From a bacterium (GTDB lineage Bacteria; UBA8248): 64,000 nt of DNA. The notes under the pieces were generated by a model, which did not search any database, was not told where the DNA came from, and worked only from the letters and a program-made list of their open reading frames with translations. Location of the stretch: contig OZ244799.1 in the NCBI GenBank assembly GCA_965219955.1, positions 2,656,001 to 2,720,000 of the forward strand. Direction: 5' to 3'. Of this stretch, positions 49,191-57,426 are shown piece after piece. Numbering within the stretch: the stretch's first letter is position 1; the number at the start of each line of letters is the position of its first letter. The translations under genes and the position numbers were made by a program.

Positions 49191-50192
49191 CTGAGAACGG
49201 TCACGTATTCATTCAACTTCACCCTGCCCATCACGAACTGGTGCGTGAACCACTGCGGCTATTGCAGCTTCCGCAGCAATGTTCCGCTCCTGCTCTCCAT
49301 GGAGGAGTGCGAGCGGCTCGCGCGGCAGGCCTACGCGCAGGGCGTGGTCGAGGCGCTCGTCATGACGGGCGAGGGGATCGACCGCCACAAGGGCCTCAAG
49401 AACCAGCTCAAGGAATGGGGGTATGACTCCTACGCCGCCTATACGGCCGAGGTGTGCCGGATGTGCCTCGAAGTCGGCCTGCTGCCCCACGCCAACATCG
49501 GCACGCTGGAGGAGTGGGAGTACGAGATTCTCAAACCCTACAACGTCTCGATGGGCATGATGATGGAGACCGTCAGCGCCGAAGCCACGCGTATCGCCCA
49601 CCGGGCGGCGCCGACGAAAACGCCCGAGGTCCGGCTCGCCTCCCTGGAAGCGGCGGGCAAGCTCGGAGTCGCGTTCACGACGGGAATCCTCGTCGGCATC
49701 GGGGAATCGCCCGAAGAGCGGGTCGAGACGCTGGAGGCCATCGCCGAGGTGCACGGGCGCTACGGGCATATCCAGGAGATTATTTTGCAGCCCCTGAACC
49801 CCCAGCCTTTAACCCCCATGGCCAGGTGGACCCGCCCGCCGGATGAGGATATCGCGGCGCTTATCCCGGAAGTCAAAAAGCTCATGCCGGGCGTACACAT
49901 ACAGGTTCCGCCGAACCTGGTGGACGACCTGCTCGGCCTCATCATGGCGGGTGCGGACGACATCGGCGGCATCGCGCCGGAGCCCGATCACATCAACCCG
50001 AACCGCGGCTGGCCCAAGCTGGGGAATCTGGACCAGTCCCTCCATCAGGAGGACATCGCCCTGCGCCTCAGGATGCCGGTGTATGACGAATTCATCGAGG
50101 CGGGCTGGTGCCCGCCCGAAACCATGCCCGCGCTCCGACGGATGCTGGAGCGTCGCGAAGCGCAGGAAGCCCTGCCCGTGGAGATCGCATGA
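49191..50192 (+). CDS. cofG: FO synthase subunit CofG (radical SAM), probable CTG start
   Basis: In-frame TVTYSFNFTLPITNWCVNHCGYCSF (CX3CX2C), LPHANIG, SMGMMME, FTTGILVGIGE, YGHIQEIILQ, QVPPNL. Confidence 0.9.
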   Translation: MRTVTYSFNFTLPITNWCVNHCGYCSFRSNVPLLLSMEECERLARQAYAQGVVEALVMTGEGIDRHKGLKNQLKEWGYDSYAAYTAEVCRMCLEVGLLPHANIGTLEEWEYEILKPYNVSMGMMMETVSAEATRIAHRAAPTKTPEVRLASLEAAGKLGVAFTTGILVGIGESPEERVETLEAIAEVHGRYGHIQEIILQPLNPQPLTPMARWTRPPDEDIAALIPEVKKLMPGVHIQVPPNLVDDLLGLIMAGADDIGGIAPEPDHINPNRGWPKLGNLDQSLHQEDIALRLRMPVYDEFIEAGWCPPETMPALRRMLERREAQEALPVEIA

Positions 50193-51442
50193 ACGCCCTT
50201 TTCGCCCATGAAATTCTGGACGCCTTCGAGGCGGGAGAGGAAATCTCGCGCGAGGGCGCGACCGCCCTGCTCGCCGAGCGGGATGAGGAGCTCACCGAGC
50301 GCCTTTACGAGACGGCGGACGCGGAGAGGAAGAAGACCGTCGGCGACGAGGTGAGCTACGTCATCAACGCGAACGTGAATTTCACGAACGTGTGCTACAC
50401 CGACTGCAAGTACTGCGGCTTCTGGCGTCGGCCGAACGCGCCGGACGCCTATACGCACGACGACGACGTGCTGCGCGAGAAATTCGAGCGCGCCAGGGAC
50501 TTCGGCGTGCGCGAAATCTGCATGCAGGGGGGCTTGAACCCCCAGATATCCATCGACCGCTACGAGGAAGTGCTCAGGCTCGCGCGCGAAGTCATCCCCG
50601 GCGTCCACATGCACGCCTATTCGCCCGCGGAAGTCGACCACATCCAGCGGAAAACCCGGCTGCCCCTCGAAGTGGTGCTCACGCGTCTCAAGGAAGCGGG
50701 CCTCGGCTCCGTCCCCGGAACGGCGGCAGAGATACTCGTGGAGAGGGTGAAGAAGCTCATCAGTCCGGGAAGAATCCCCGTCGAGAGGTGGTGCGAGATC
50801 ATCCGCACCGCCCACGCCGTGGGCATCCCGACGACTTCCACCGTCATGTACGGCCACATCGAGAGCAGCGCCGACCTGGCCGAGCACATGGATATCCTCC
50901 GAAAGATGCAAAAAGACTCGCTCCAGACGGACGGGGAGGGTCGGTTCACGGAGTTCGTTCCCCTCCCCTTCATCCCGTACGACAACAAGATGGGCGAGGA
51001 GTTCGGCATCGAGGAGATGGCGGATCTGGAAACCATTTTCAGGCTCCATGCCGTGGCGCGGCTCTTCTTCCGGGGGACCATCGCCAACATCCAGGTGGCG
51101 TGGCCCAAGATCGGTATCGACGCCGCGCAGAAGGCGCTCTCCCTCGGGGTGAACGACCTGGGCGGAACGCTGATCGAGGAGAACATCTCGCGCGAGTCGG
51201 GTTCCGAATACGGGCAAAGCCTGAGCCCCAGGCAGTTCAACGACGCCATCCTGGGGGCGGGGCGCACTCCCGTTCAGCGCACAACCACCTACGACATCAT
51301 CCGCGAAGACGACCCGAGATACCGCCACCCCCGCCTGGATGACGAGACGCTGCTCGGCGCCGGCTTCTCCGGTGGGCAAAAGTCGGGCGACTTCATCCCG
51401 GAAACCCACCTGGGCGTCTCGAATACCGAACGCCCCCGCTAA
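50189..51442 (+). CDS. cofH: FO synthase subunit CofH (radical SAM)
   Basis: SYVINANVNFTNVCYTDCKYCGF, GLGSVPGTAAEIL, TSTVMYGH, FTEFVPLPF, NDLGGTLIEENISR; ATGA overlap with cofG. Confidence 0.93.
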   Translation: MNALFAHEILDAFEAGEEISREGATALLAERDEELTERLYETADAERKKTVGDEVSYVINANVNFTNVCYTDCKYCGFWRRPNAPDAYTHDDDVLREKFERARDFGVREICMQGGLNPQISIDRYEEVLRLAREVIPGVHMHAYSPAEVDHIQRKTRLPLEVVLTRLKEAGLGSVPGTAAEILVERVKKLISPGRIPVERWCEIIRTAHAVGIPTTSTVMYGHIESSADLAEHMDILRKMQKDSLQTDGEGRFTEFVPLPFIPYDNKMGEEFGIEEMADLETIFRLHAVARLFFRGTIANIQVAWPKIGIDAAQKALSLGVNDLGGTLIEENISRESGSEYGQSLSPRQFNDAILGAGRTPVQRTTTYDIIREDDPRYRHPRLDDETLLGAGFSGGQKSGDFIPETHLGVSNTERPR

Positions 51443-51461
51443 CAGGCCGGAGAAAGAATCC

Positions 51462-52904
51462 TTGAGCGAACTTCACCACCATTCCTTCAAAGACATGATG
51501 AACGACGTGGTGGACGCGGGCAGTTGCTGCGAGTGCGGCAGCTGCGTCCTCGTCTGCCCGCACAACGTCATCGAATACATCGACGCCAAGCCCAAGCAGA
51601 CGGCCAAGGCGAAGGCCGACTTCGATTTCTGCGGCATCAGCGTGGGGGTGGGCTGCGACGTATGCGCGTCTGTGTGCCCGAGGCTCTGGCCGAGGGAGAA
51701 CCACCTGAAAGACGCCACCTTCGGTGAGACGAGAAGCGAGACGTACGAGGGCATCTTCGGCCCATACCAGCACATCTTCATGGCGAGGACCAAGCGCGAC
51801 GACGTGATGGAGCGCGCCCAGGACGGCGGCATCGTCACGGCGCTGCTCGCTTGGGCGCTCGAGGCGGGCGTCATCGACGGGGCGGTGGTCTCCGCCGTCG
51901 GGGAAGACGACCCGCCGTGCGACCCGAGCCCCAAGGTCGCCACGACGTACGAGGAGATTCGCGCGAGCGCGGGGAGCTGGTACACATACTGCGCGAACAA
52001 CCTGGCGCTCGAAGAGGTGAAAGAAAGGGATTTGAAAAAAGTGGGCTTCGTGGGCGTCCCCTGCCAGATCACCCCGCTTCGCAAGATGGAGCTCATCGAC
52101 CCCGCTTTTCTGGTCTCCCACAAGAAAAGGCCCCAGCACATCGAGAAACAGCGCGGCTTCCTGAGAGGCTTCTCGGAGCGCGTGGCGTTTCAGATCGGCC
52201 TGTTCTGCACGGAGGTGTTCACCTTCGACCTCATGACAGAGAAAATCGAAAAGGACCTCGGCATCCCCCTCACGGACGTGGCGAAATTCAACGTGAAGGG
52301 CGAGGTGCTCGTGCACAAGAAAGACGGGGAACTCGTCACCTTCTCGCTCCAGGAGGCGATGGAAAACTACCAGCGCCCCGAATGCCAGCACTGCGCGGAT
52401 TTCTCCGCCGAACTCGCGGACATCGCCTGCGGCGGCGTGGGAACGCGGGGCTGGACCATCGTGGTCCTGCGCACTGAAAAGGGCAAGGAGATCTGGAGCG
52501 AATTCGAAAAAGAGGGCCTCGTGGAGATCCAGCCGATACAGGAGAACCGGCGGGCCTGGAACATCCTGCACATTCTGGCAAGAAGACAGCGCAACCGCGT
52601 GCCGACGATGGGACCCAGGAGCGGCACGCCGGAGGGCCTCCCCCAATACGACCCCTTCGACGGCGCCGGTTTCGCCGCGCAAAGAATGGTCGACAGCCCC
52701 AAGACGCCCGAGGAACTGGAAGAATGCCTCGACACGGCCTACGGGGAGGAGGCGCGCCCGGAGGGCGTGCGCGGCTTCCTGGCGGGCCAGCCGATACCGG
52801 ACGACCCGGGAGACCCGCCTCCCGGGGAGAAGCGCAAACTTCCCCCGCCCCCGAGCCCGGCCCAGGGCGGCGCGCCGCCGGGCTGGGAGGTCCAAGAGTC
52901 ATAA
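51462..52904 (+). CDS. FrhB/FdhB family (F420 hydrogenase/dehydrogenase beta subunit-like) Fe-S flavoprotein
   Basis: CCECGSCVLVCP, CDVCASVCPR, AQDGGIVTALL, AGSWY, VGVPCQI, IGLFC, CQHCADFSAELADIACGG; TTG start after GGAG. Confidence 0.88.
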   Translation: MSELHHHSFKDMMNDVVDAGSCCECGSCVLVCPHNVIEYIDAKPKQTAKAKADFDFCGISVGVGCDVCASVCPRLWPRENHLKDATFGETRSETYEGIFGPYQHIFMARTKRDDVMERAQDGGIVTALLAWALEAGVIDGAVVSAVGEDDPPCDPSPKVATTYEEIRASAGSWYTYCANNLALEEVKERDLKKVGFVGVPCQITPLRKMELIDPAFLVSHKKRPQHIEKQRGFLRGFSERVAFQIGLFCTEVFTFDLMTEKIEKDLGIPLTDVAKFNVKGEVLVHKKDGELVTFSLQEAMENYQRPECQHCADFSAELADIACGGVGTRGWTIVVLRTEKGKEIWSEFEKEGLVEIQPIQENRRAWNILHILARRQRNRVPTMGPRSGTPEGLPQYDPFDGAGFAAQRMVDSPKTPEELEECLDTAYGEEARPEGVRGFLAGQPIPDDPGDPPPGEKRKLPPPPSPAQGGAPPGWEVQES

Positions 52905-52905
52905 G

Positions 52906-53541
52906 TTGGATACCCCCGGACTCACAGACAAAAAACCGGCGCTGAGCATTCCTCTCGATGAGGCGCTGCGCAAAAGACGCTCCATCCGGCATTTCACGGC
53001 TAAACCCGTACCGATGGAGATACTGGAAACCGCCCTCGCCGCCGCGTGTCTGGCTCCCAGCCCGCACGGGACGAGTCCCTGGCGGTTTTGCATCCTCGAT
53101 TCCAAAGAGGCGAAGGAGACCCTGGCCGCCGAGATGGGCAAGGATTTTCTGCGCGACATGGAGGCGGAGGGCGTTCCCGAAGAAGAACGAATGCGCAGGC
53201 ACCGGGGGAGCATCCGCCTGCTGACGGGCGCGCCCGCGCTCATCATGGCGGCGCTCTCCTTCGCGGATCTGGACGATTACGAAGAACCCGATAAACAGGC
53301 CAATGAATACATGATGGCCGAACACAGCCTGGGCGGCGCTCTCCAGAACCTGATGCTGGCCTTAGCAGCCCAAGGGGTGGGTTCGGTGTGGCGCTGCGCT
53401 CCCCTGTTCTGTCCCGAAACGGCCAGAGGGGCCCTGGACCTGCCCGCCGACTGGGTGCCCAGGGCGCTCATCGTCGCGGGCTACCCCTCGCAGCAGCCCG
53501 CTCCCAAAGAAACGCCCGAGCCGGTGCTGATCGTCCGATGA
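52906..53541 (+). CDS. Nitroreductase family protein (FbiB C-terminal-like dehydro-F420 reductase)
   Basis: RRSIRHF, LAPSPHGTSPWRF, LQNLMLALAAQGVGSVWRCAPLFCPE; inside the cof operon. Confidence 0.82.
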   Translation: MDTPGLTDKKPALSIPLDEALRKRRSIRHFTAKPVPMEILETALAAACLAPSPHGTSPWRFCILDSKEAKETLAAEMGKDFLRDMEAEGVPEEERMRRHRGSIRLLTGAPALIMAALSFADLDDYEEPDKQANEYMMAEHSLGGALQNLMLALAAQGVGSVWRCAPLFCPETARGALDLPADWVPRALIVAGYPSQQPAPKETPEPVLIVR

Positions 53542-54494
53542 GCTCTTCCGGCCCGGTCGTCGCGCTCGCAGGCGGAGTGGGAGGCGCCAAGCTCGCCGTC
53601 GGCCTCGCCCACGCGCTGCCCGAGGGGGCGCTCACCGTCGTCGTGAACACGGCGGACGACCTGGTGCTGCACGGCCTGCACATCAGCCCCGACATCGACA
53701 CCGTGATGTACAACCTCGCCGGCATGTCGAACCCCGAGACGGGCTGGGGCATCGACGGCGACCGGACAAGCGCGCTCGACCTCCTGGGACGCTACGGGGG
53801 GCCGACCTGGTTCCGGCTGGGCGATCAGGACCTGGCGACCCACATCCGCCGGACCCAGCGCCTCGCCGAGGGCGCGCGCTTAACAGAAGTGACGCGCGAA
53901 CTCGCCGCCTCCTTAGGGCTAAAGGCGAACATCCTGCCCATGACGGATTCATCCATCGCCACGCGCGTGAAGACGCCCGAGGGCGAACTCGAGTTTCAGG
54001 ATTACTTCGTGGCCAGGGGAACGCGGCCGAGCGTATGCGGGGTGCGTTTTCAGGGGGCGGATGAGGCGCGCGCCACGCCGGAGGTCATGCGCGCGTTCGA
54101 TGAGGCGGGCGCCATCGTTTTCTGTCCGTCGAACCCGATCGTGAGTATCGGCCCCATTCTCGCGATCTCGGACATCCACGAACTCCTGCGCAGTGCGTCC
54201 GCGCCGCGCGTGGGGGTGAGCCCTATCATCGGGGGCGCCGCCCTGAGAGGCCCCGCCGCCGAGATGCTCAAGAGCCTGGGGCATGAGGTGTCGGCTCTGG
54301 GCGTCGCCCGGATTCTCGAAGACGTGCTCGACGGGTTCGTCGTGGACGCCGAGGATGAGGCCCTGGTCACGTCCATCGAAGAGCTGGGGCTTCGGAGCAC
54401 CGCGCTGCCCAGCATCATGACCGACGTTGATTCCAAGAAAAAACTCGCGCAGGGCGTTTTGGCGTTCGCCTCATCGGTGCGAAAGATGGCATAA
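53538..54494 (+). CDS. cofD: 2-phospho-L-lactate/PEP transferase CofD (FbiA)
   Basis: LAGGVGGAKL, VNTADD, HISPDIDTVMY, WFRLGDQDLATH, FQDYFV, CPSNPIVSIGPIL. Confidence 0.95.
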   Translation: MSSSGPVVALAGGVGGAKLAVGLAHALPEGALTVVVNTADDLVLHGLHISPDIDTVMYNLAGMSNPETGWGIDGDRTSALDLLGRYGGPTWFRLGDQDLATHIRRTQRLAEGARLTEVTRELAASLGLKANILPMTDSSIATRVKTPEGELEFQDYFVARGTRPSVCGVRFQGADEARATPEVMRAFDEAGAIVFCPSNPIVSIGPILAISDIHELLRSASAPRVGVSPIIGGAALRGPAAEMLKSLGHEVSALGVARILEDVLDGFVVDAEDEALVTSIEELGLRSTALPSIMTDVDSKKKLAQGVLAFASSVRKMA

Positions 54495-54545
54495 GAGGTT
54501 TCAGGTATACTCGAAAACACGTTTTCTCTTACACCTCCGGGATGG

Positions 54546-55202
54546 ATGATGAGTCTTTCAAGCCATTGCGTCGCCCTGATACCGGTTCGCGATTTCAGGA
54601 CCGGAAAATCGAGGCTCGCGCAGACGCTGGACGAGAACGCCAGAAACGAATTGGGCCGCTGGATGCTCGAGCGCGTCCTGAAGGCCGTCGGCTCTGCTCA
54701 GCGTATCGACGAGATCGCGGTGCTGAGCGATTCCCCGGAAGTCCTGACCCTCGCCGGTGAACACGGCGCGGTCGGTTTGCTCCAGGAATCAGGCGGCCTG
54801 AACCACGATCTGGAAATCGGCCGCGCCTGGGCGAGGGGGAGAAACGCCCGTTCCTTGTTGATCGTCCACGGAGATTTGCCGTTTCTGACGACTGAAGAAG
54901 TGAATGAGCTTCTCCAGGGACTCGAACCATCAAAGAATTCCGGGCGCGAGGTACGCATCGCCCGCTCGAAGGACGGCGGCACGACCGCGCTGCTCACCCG
55001 GCCAATTGACGCGATTCCCTTCTCGTTCGGCGAGCAGAGCTTCGAGAAGCACCGCGCCGCAGCGAGGAGATACGGCTGCGAGGCCCAGTCCTGTGAATCG
55101 TTCGGCTTCGCGCACGACATCGACTCGCCCGAGGACCTCGAATTCCTGCTCTCCCGCGAAAAAGAAGCCCCCGCGTGGCTCGCTTCCGCTCCCATGAGAT
55201 GA
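54546..55202 (+). CDS. cofC: 2-phospho-L-lactate/PEP guanylyltransferase CofC (FbiD)
   Basis: IPVRDFRTGKSRLA, GLN, HGDLP, DGGTTAL, FGEQSFEKH, DIDSPEDL. Confidence 0.92.
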   Translation: MMSLSSHCVALIPVRDFRTGKSRLAQTLDENARNELGRWMLERVLKAVGSAQRIDEIAVLSDSPEVLTLAGEHGAVGLLQESGGLNHDLEIGRAWARGRNARSLLIVHGDLPFLTTEEVNELLQGLEPSKNSGREVRIARSKDGGTTALLTRPIDAIPFSFGEQSFEKHRAAARRYGCEAQSCESFGFAHDIDSPEDLEFLLSREKEAPAWLASAPMR

Positions 55203-55960
55203 ACAACGTCGAAATCATCCCCGTCACCGGGTTGCCGGAAATCAAGGAGGGCGACGCGCTCGCGCCCATGATTCTGGAAGCGCTCGAGGCGGGCGGCGTG
55301 GACATCCGGGATCGGGACGTGCTCGTCCTCGCGCAAAAGATCGTCAGCAAGGCCGAAGGCAGGATTCTGGACTTGAGAAATATAGAGCCATCGCGCGATG
55401 CGATCGATATCGCGAACCGCGACGGGCGCGACCCCAGGCTCGTGGAGGCGGTGCTGAGGGAATCGAACGAGATCGTCGTAGCGTCTGAGCGCGCGCTCAT
55501 CGTGGAGCACCACACCGGCGCGGTGTGCGCCCATGCGGGGATAGACCGCTCAAACGTCGGAGGGGATGAAGATCAGGTGCTGCTTCTGCCCCGCGACGCC
55601 GACGCTTCCGCCCGGAAACTCCACGAAGAGATCAAGAGCGCGGCGGGCGCATTCGTTCCCGTCCTCATCGCCGACACGCAGGGACGCGCCTTTCGCCGGG
55701 GCGTCGTCGGCGTGGCGATAGGGTGCGCCGGCCTGGAGCCCCTGGTGGACTTGAGAGGCGAGAAAGACCGCAGCGGCCGCGCGCTCGAAATCACCATCCT
55801 CGCCCATGCGGATGAAATCGCGGCGGCGGCGAGCCTCGTGATGGGACAGGACAAGCAGGGCGTTCCCGCCGTCCTGATTCGCGGGCTCGGGTATCACGAG
55901 GGAGACGCTCCCGCCCGCGCGCTCTACCGCACGAAAGAAGAAGACTTGTTTCGCCCATGA
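55199..55960 (+). CDS. cofE: F420-0:gamma-glutamyl ligase CofE
   Basis: PVTGLPEIKEGDAL, AQKIVSKAEGR, AGIDRSNV, LLPRDADASA, IADTQGRAFRRG, ADEIAAAA, EEDLFR. Confidence 0.95.
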   Translation: MNNVEIIPVTGLPEIKEGDALAPMILEALEAGGVDIRDRDVLVLAQKIVSKAEGRILDLRNIEPSRDAIDIANRDGRDPRLVEAVLRESNEIVVASERALIVEHHTGAVCAHAGIDRSNVGGDEDQVLLLPRDADASARKLHEEIKSAAGAFVPVLIADTQGRAFRRGVVGVAIGCAGLEPLVDLRGEKDRSGRALEITILAHADEIAAAASLVMGQDKQGVPAVLIRGLGYHEGDAPARALYRTKEEDLFRP

Positions 55961-55990
55961 AACCACAACCTTTCATATAAGGATGCGCCC

Positions 55991-56323
55991 ATGGCCATAC
56001 TGCATTGGAACGACGTCGAGGAAAGGCAACTGAACAACATCATCCGGGGCAGAATCGTCAAGACGGACAACGTGATGGCGTGCCGGATCACGGCCAAGAC
56101 CGGAAGCCCCATCAAGACCCACACCCACGAGTTCGACCAGATAACGCACATGATCCGCGGAAAACTGAAGTTCCACTCGGGAGACGAGGAGCATAAAGTC
56201 GTTCAGGCGGGAGACGTCATGATCTTTCCGGCGGGGACTCCCCACGGAGGCGAGGTCCTCGAAGAAGCGGAGTACATCGACATGTTCTCGCCGCCGAACC
56301 CGGATTTCCAGTGGGATAAATAA
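55991..56323 (+). CDS. Cupin domain protein
   Basis: HTHEFDQ, GDVMIFPAGTPHG, DMFSPP. Confidence 0.9.
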   Translation: MAILHWNDVEERQLNNIIRGRIVKTDNVMACRITAKTGSPIKTHTHEFDQITHMIRGKLKFHSGDEEHKVVQAGDVMIFPAGTPHGGEVLEEAEYIDMFSPPNPDFQWDK

Positions 56324-56413
56324 TAGACGGGCTGGAATATCTCTCTTAACTGGGAAAATATCGACCGCCCGGCAAGAAGAGTCGGCCCTTCTCATATCGG
56401 GAAAGCCGGTTCT

Positions 56414-56615
56414 CTAGCTCTTGAATCGCCTGAGATTGGTACTTTTCCCCGGCTCCCGACGGCTCATCCGCTCCAGGGCCAGGCCGGCTTCGAGCACCTC
56501 CTGGTTGAAGCGAAACTCCTCCCAGGAGCAACGCGCCAGCAGGTGCGGGGGGAGGCCATAGGTCTTCGCCTGGAAATGAATGACCGCCAGCAGCTCCTTT
56601 CTACGCCTGCGGAAA
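56414..56615 (-). CDS. Putative frameshift extension of the tail assembly chaperone (gpT-like) or small separate ORF
   Basis: Open +1 frame FRRRRKELLAVIHFQAKTYGLPPHLLARCSWEEFRFNQEVL overlapping the end of the chaperone at GCG-TTT-CCG. Confidence 0.5.
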
Positions 56616-56993
56616 CGCGTCGCCTTCCGGCGCGCCCTCCCCGGGGACAGGGGCCGCCGCCTCGTTCTGAAGCGCCGTGACGGCGGTGAAGATGGCGTCG
56701 GCATCCGCCGGGGCGAGTTCATGGATGCTCAGTTCATCCGGCAGGCATCGGCCCGGTTCCTTATCCGTCATCGAGCCGCGCTCGGGAACGAAGCAGCGCC
56801 TCAGGATGCAGTGCACCCACTCCCCGGTAAGCGCGTATTGCTCCTCCTCGCCCGCGGCGCCATTCGAGACGCCCGCGAACAGCTTGGGATACGCCGCCAT
56901 GTCCAGGAGATTCGGCGCGCGCACGAAACCCTTGAGCCCCGAGGGCAGGGTGATGGGCTTGCGGCCATGATTTCTGTATTCCGATATTTCCAC
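56601..56993 (-). CDS. Putative phage tail assembly chaperone (gpG-like)
   Basis: ~130 aa acidic protein directly after the tail tube; ITLPSG..VRAP start; GTG after GGGAGG; call rests mainly on position. Confidence 0.6.
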   Translation of the reverse strand: MEISEYRNHGRKPITLPSGLKGFVRAPNLLDMAAYPKLFAGVSNGAAGEEEQYALTGEWVHCILRRCFVPERGSMTDKEPGRCLPDELSIHELAPADADAIFTAVTALQNEAAAPVPGEGAPEGDAFPQA

Positions 56994-57057
56994 GATTCCT
57001 CCCGTTCGTTTTCGCTGGATCAAGACTTGACCAGGATGAAGAAGAATCCGCCTTTAT

Positions 57058-57414
57058 TGGCGGCTGTTGAAAAACCCCTCGCCGGGGGCTCCGCCTTTAC
57101 CCCCCTGTTAAGGGGGGTAGGGGGGGTTGCCTTGCAGGGCGAGAGCCTGCGCCGCCGCTTAACCCCCCAACCCCCCTTGTCGAGGTTGTTGAAAAAGTCC
57201 TCTCAAGCGGTGGGGGGTACGATGGTTTTGTAGCAGGACAACCCAAAAGGGTTGTCCTGGCCTCCGTGCCTGTCCTGCCCTCCGTGGTTCTCCTTCGTCA
57301 GGACAGGCACGGAGGCCTGTCCCTACGGTAAACAATTCGATGATCGGGATTCCCTCCCTTCCTCGGGAGGGGTTTTTCAACAAACCCTTGTCAGGGAGGC
57401 TTTTTCAACCACCC
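57058..57414. mobile_element. Two nested MITE-like TIR elements inside the phage-like operon
   Basis: Outer GGCTGTTGAAAAA...TTTTTCAACCACCC flanked by TTAT (57054-57057 / 57415-57418); inner 57182-57387 GAGGTTGTTGAAAAA...TTTTTCAACAAACCC flanked by TTGTC (57177-57181 / 57388-57392). Confidence 0.75.
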
Positions 57415-57426
57415 TTATGGCGGAGG

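Noticed and set aside
55973-56395. Minus-strand ORF after the chaperones as a tape measure gene
   Set aside because: Only 140 aa, mostly antisense to the cupin gene, and lacking Ala/Gly-rich helical character
36-57414. Repeat clusters as CRISPR arrays
   Set aside because: The repeats are dispersed inverted pairs, not regularly spaced direct repeats with unique spacers; no cas genes
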